A DNA stretch of 64,000 bases, from the IMG/VR virus record IMGVR_UViG_3300032053_000004, positions 32,001 through 96,000 of that record. One strand, written 5' to 3'. Below the pieces are notes generated by a model. The model was not told where the DNA came from. It was given only the letters and a program-made list of their open reading frames with translations, and searched no databases. Position numbers and translations under genes: made by a program. The stretch is from a virus. Taxonomy: Duplodnaviria; Caudoviricetes. Shown here in pieces: positions 62,986-64,000 of this stretch (position 1 is its first letter; each line of letters begins with the position of its first letter).

Positions 62986-64000
62986 TGGCAAGTAAGAAAA
63001 AAATAGGGGTTAACCCTGCTGCTCAAACAACTAGTGGCGGAAGAGTCATTAAACACGTTGATGAACAGGAAGTGCCGAAAAGGCGCTTGACTCGTTTAGA
63101 GAAACAAGCTCGTCGTGAGATGTCTCAGTCTATTCGTTTAGCAACTGGTGGTGGTGGGAATGGGAATTTCGGGAACGCTGGAAGTTCTTCCATAACCAAT
63201 GCTGATTTTTCTTTTTATAGCCCGCAGTTATCTACAGATTTCCTTGAACTCCCCCAATCAGAACGTGAAAAAAGAGAACTTTTTCGTTTTTGGTACAATA
63301 CCCACCCTATAGTTGGAGCAGCCATAGATTTTCATACAGATGTTCCTATGAGCAAGGTTCGTCTTTCCCTTCCTAAAGGGAAAGACATGAAAAGAAATCG
63401 TCAGATTCAACATTTTTACGAGAACATGTGTAAACGTCTGAGGCTTTTTCAGACTTTATATGATGCTACTCATGAATACTGGCTACACGGGAATGTGTTT
63501 GTTTTTTGTGAAGATCAGGAAGTTGATATTCCTGAAGAAATGCTTGTTGACGTAAAACAGGAAGAGGTCGGAGAAGTCGATTATGCCGGGAGGCCTCAAA
63601 AACGTATTGAAGTAGTAAGAGAACCAAAATCTCAATCTGAACAAATTTCAGCTATCAAAGATTATGTTGCAAAACATTATGAAGGATGGCAACGTCTTCA
63701 AATTTTACCCCCGGAACAAGTTAAACTTGAGGTGTTTCAATATACGAACAAAGTTAAGATGGAGCTCATACCATCTGAAAAAGATCGTTTAGTTGTCTTA
63801 AGAGCCCAAGAACAGCATGATGAGGAGGCTGCTCGTATCGCAGATGATATCCCTGAACAGATCAGGGAAAATCTTCTTAACGGTCAGCCAATACCGTTAA
63901 ACTCCAGTCCTTATGATGACTTTTTCTGTTCTTCTTTTTGTTATCATTTAGCGCATAAGAAAAGTCCATATGATGATCGTGGTATTTCAATTCTCGAGAG
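62985..64000 (+). CDS. portal protein (3'-truncated by window edge; not in ORF track)
   Basis: own translation: MASKKKIG...FYSPQLSTDFLELP...FWYNTHPIVGAAIDFHTDVP...EYWLHGNVF; downstream of TerL. Confidence 0.75.
   Translation, partial: MASKKKIGVNPAAQTTSGGRVIKHVDEQEVPKRRLTRLEKQARREMSQSIRLATGGGGNGNFGNAGSSSITNADFSFYSPQLSTDFLELPQSEREKRELFRFWYNTHPIVGAAIDFHTDVPMSKVRLSLPKGKDMKRNRQIQHFYENMCKRLRLFQTLYDATHEYWLHGNVFVFCEDQEVDIPEEMLVDVKQEEVGEVDYAGRPQKRIEVVREPKSQSEQISAIKDYVAKHYEGWQRLQILPPEQVKLEVFQYTNKVKMELIPSEKDRLVVLRAQEQHDEEAARIADDIPEQIRENLLNGQPIPLNSSPYDDFFCSSFCYHLAHKKSPYDDRGISILE

Noticed and set aside
1-64000. tRNA, rRNA or tmRNA genes; DatZ, MazZ, DpoZ; chimallin or PhuZ; multisubunit RNAP
   Set aside because: None recognisable in this window by eye; they may lie elsewhere in the genome
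1-64000. Apparent lack of restriction-site avoidance (GATC, GAATTC, AAGCTT, GGATCC are easy to find) as support for modified DNA
   Set aside because: Not quantified; needs observed/expected counts from a Markov model before it can be used

Overview
The window reads as a fragment of a large (jumbo-type) tailed dsDNA bacteriophage genome in the standard genetic code. The first ~1.2 kb is visibly GC-rich and the rest is AT-rich and gene-dense. The left part (1-14 kb, 18-25 kb) is mostly accessory genes: two tandem kinase-fold proteins, a VanW-like protein, a thaumatin-like lipoprotein, a small DAG-repeat lipoprotein and two lysozyme-fold proteins. The middle carries nucleotide metabolism (PurZ-like synthetase, tandem ThyX-like protein, dNMP kinase, class II RNR) and a bacterial-style replication/recombination set (RecA, RuvC, SbcCD, RecD2, beta-clamp-like, DnaX/HolA/HolB, primase, 5'-3' exonuclease, NAD+ ligase). 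Transcription factors include sigma-like proteins and NusG. The right end is the head-morphogenesis block (probable TerS, GIY-YIG homing endonuclease, TerL, truncated portal). The most notable observations are: (1) a PurZ-type enzyme implying possible 2-aminoadenine DNA in a jumbo phage; (2) about ten unrelated small proteins sharing one C-terminal peptide tag, [TIAS]-x-x-hydrophobic-hydrophobic-[DE]-[GSAC]-stop; (3) two families of N-terminal leader modules (KIASRVA and KPSQV...SKNPDR.LV..DLKKII) fused to variable payloads, resembling a capsid-cargo targeting system; (4) LigA and Rad50/SbcC each split into two distant genes; (5) a ~0.5 kb GC-rich foreign fragment interrupting a zinc-ribbon gene; (6) widespread leaderless-type promoters. 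All calls come from motif recognition by eye; no database searches were run.
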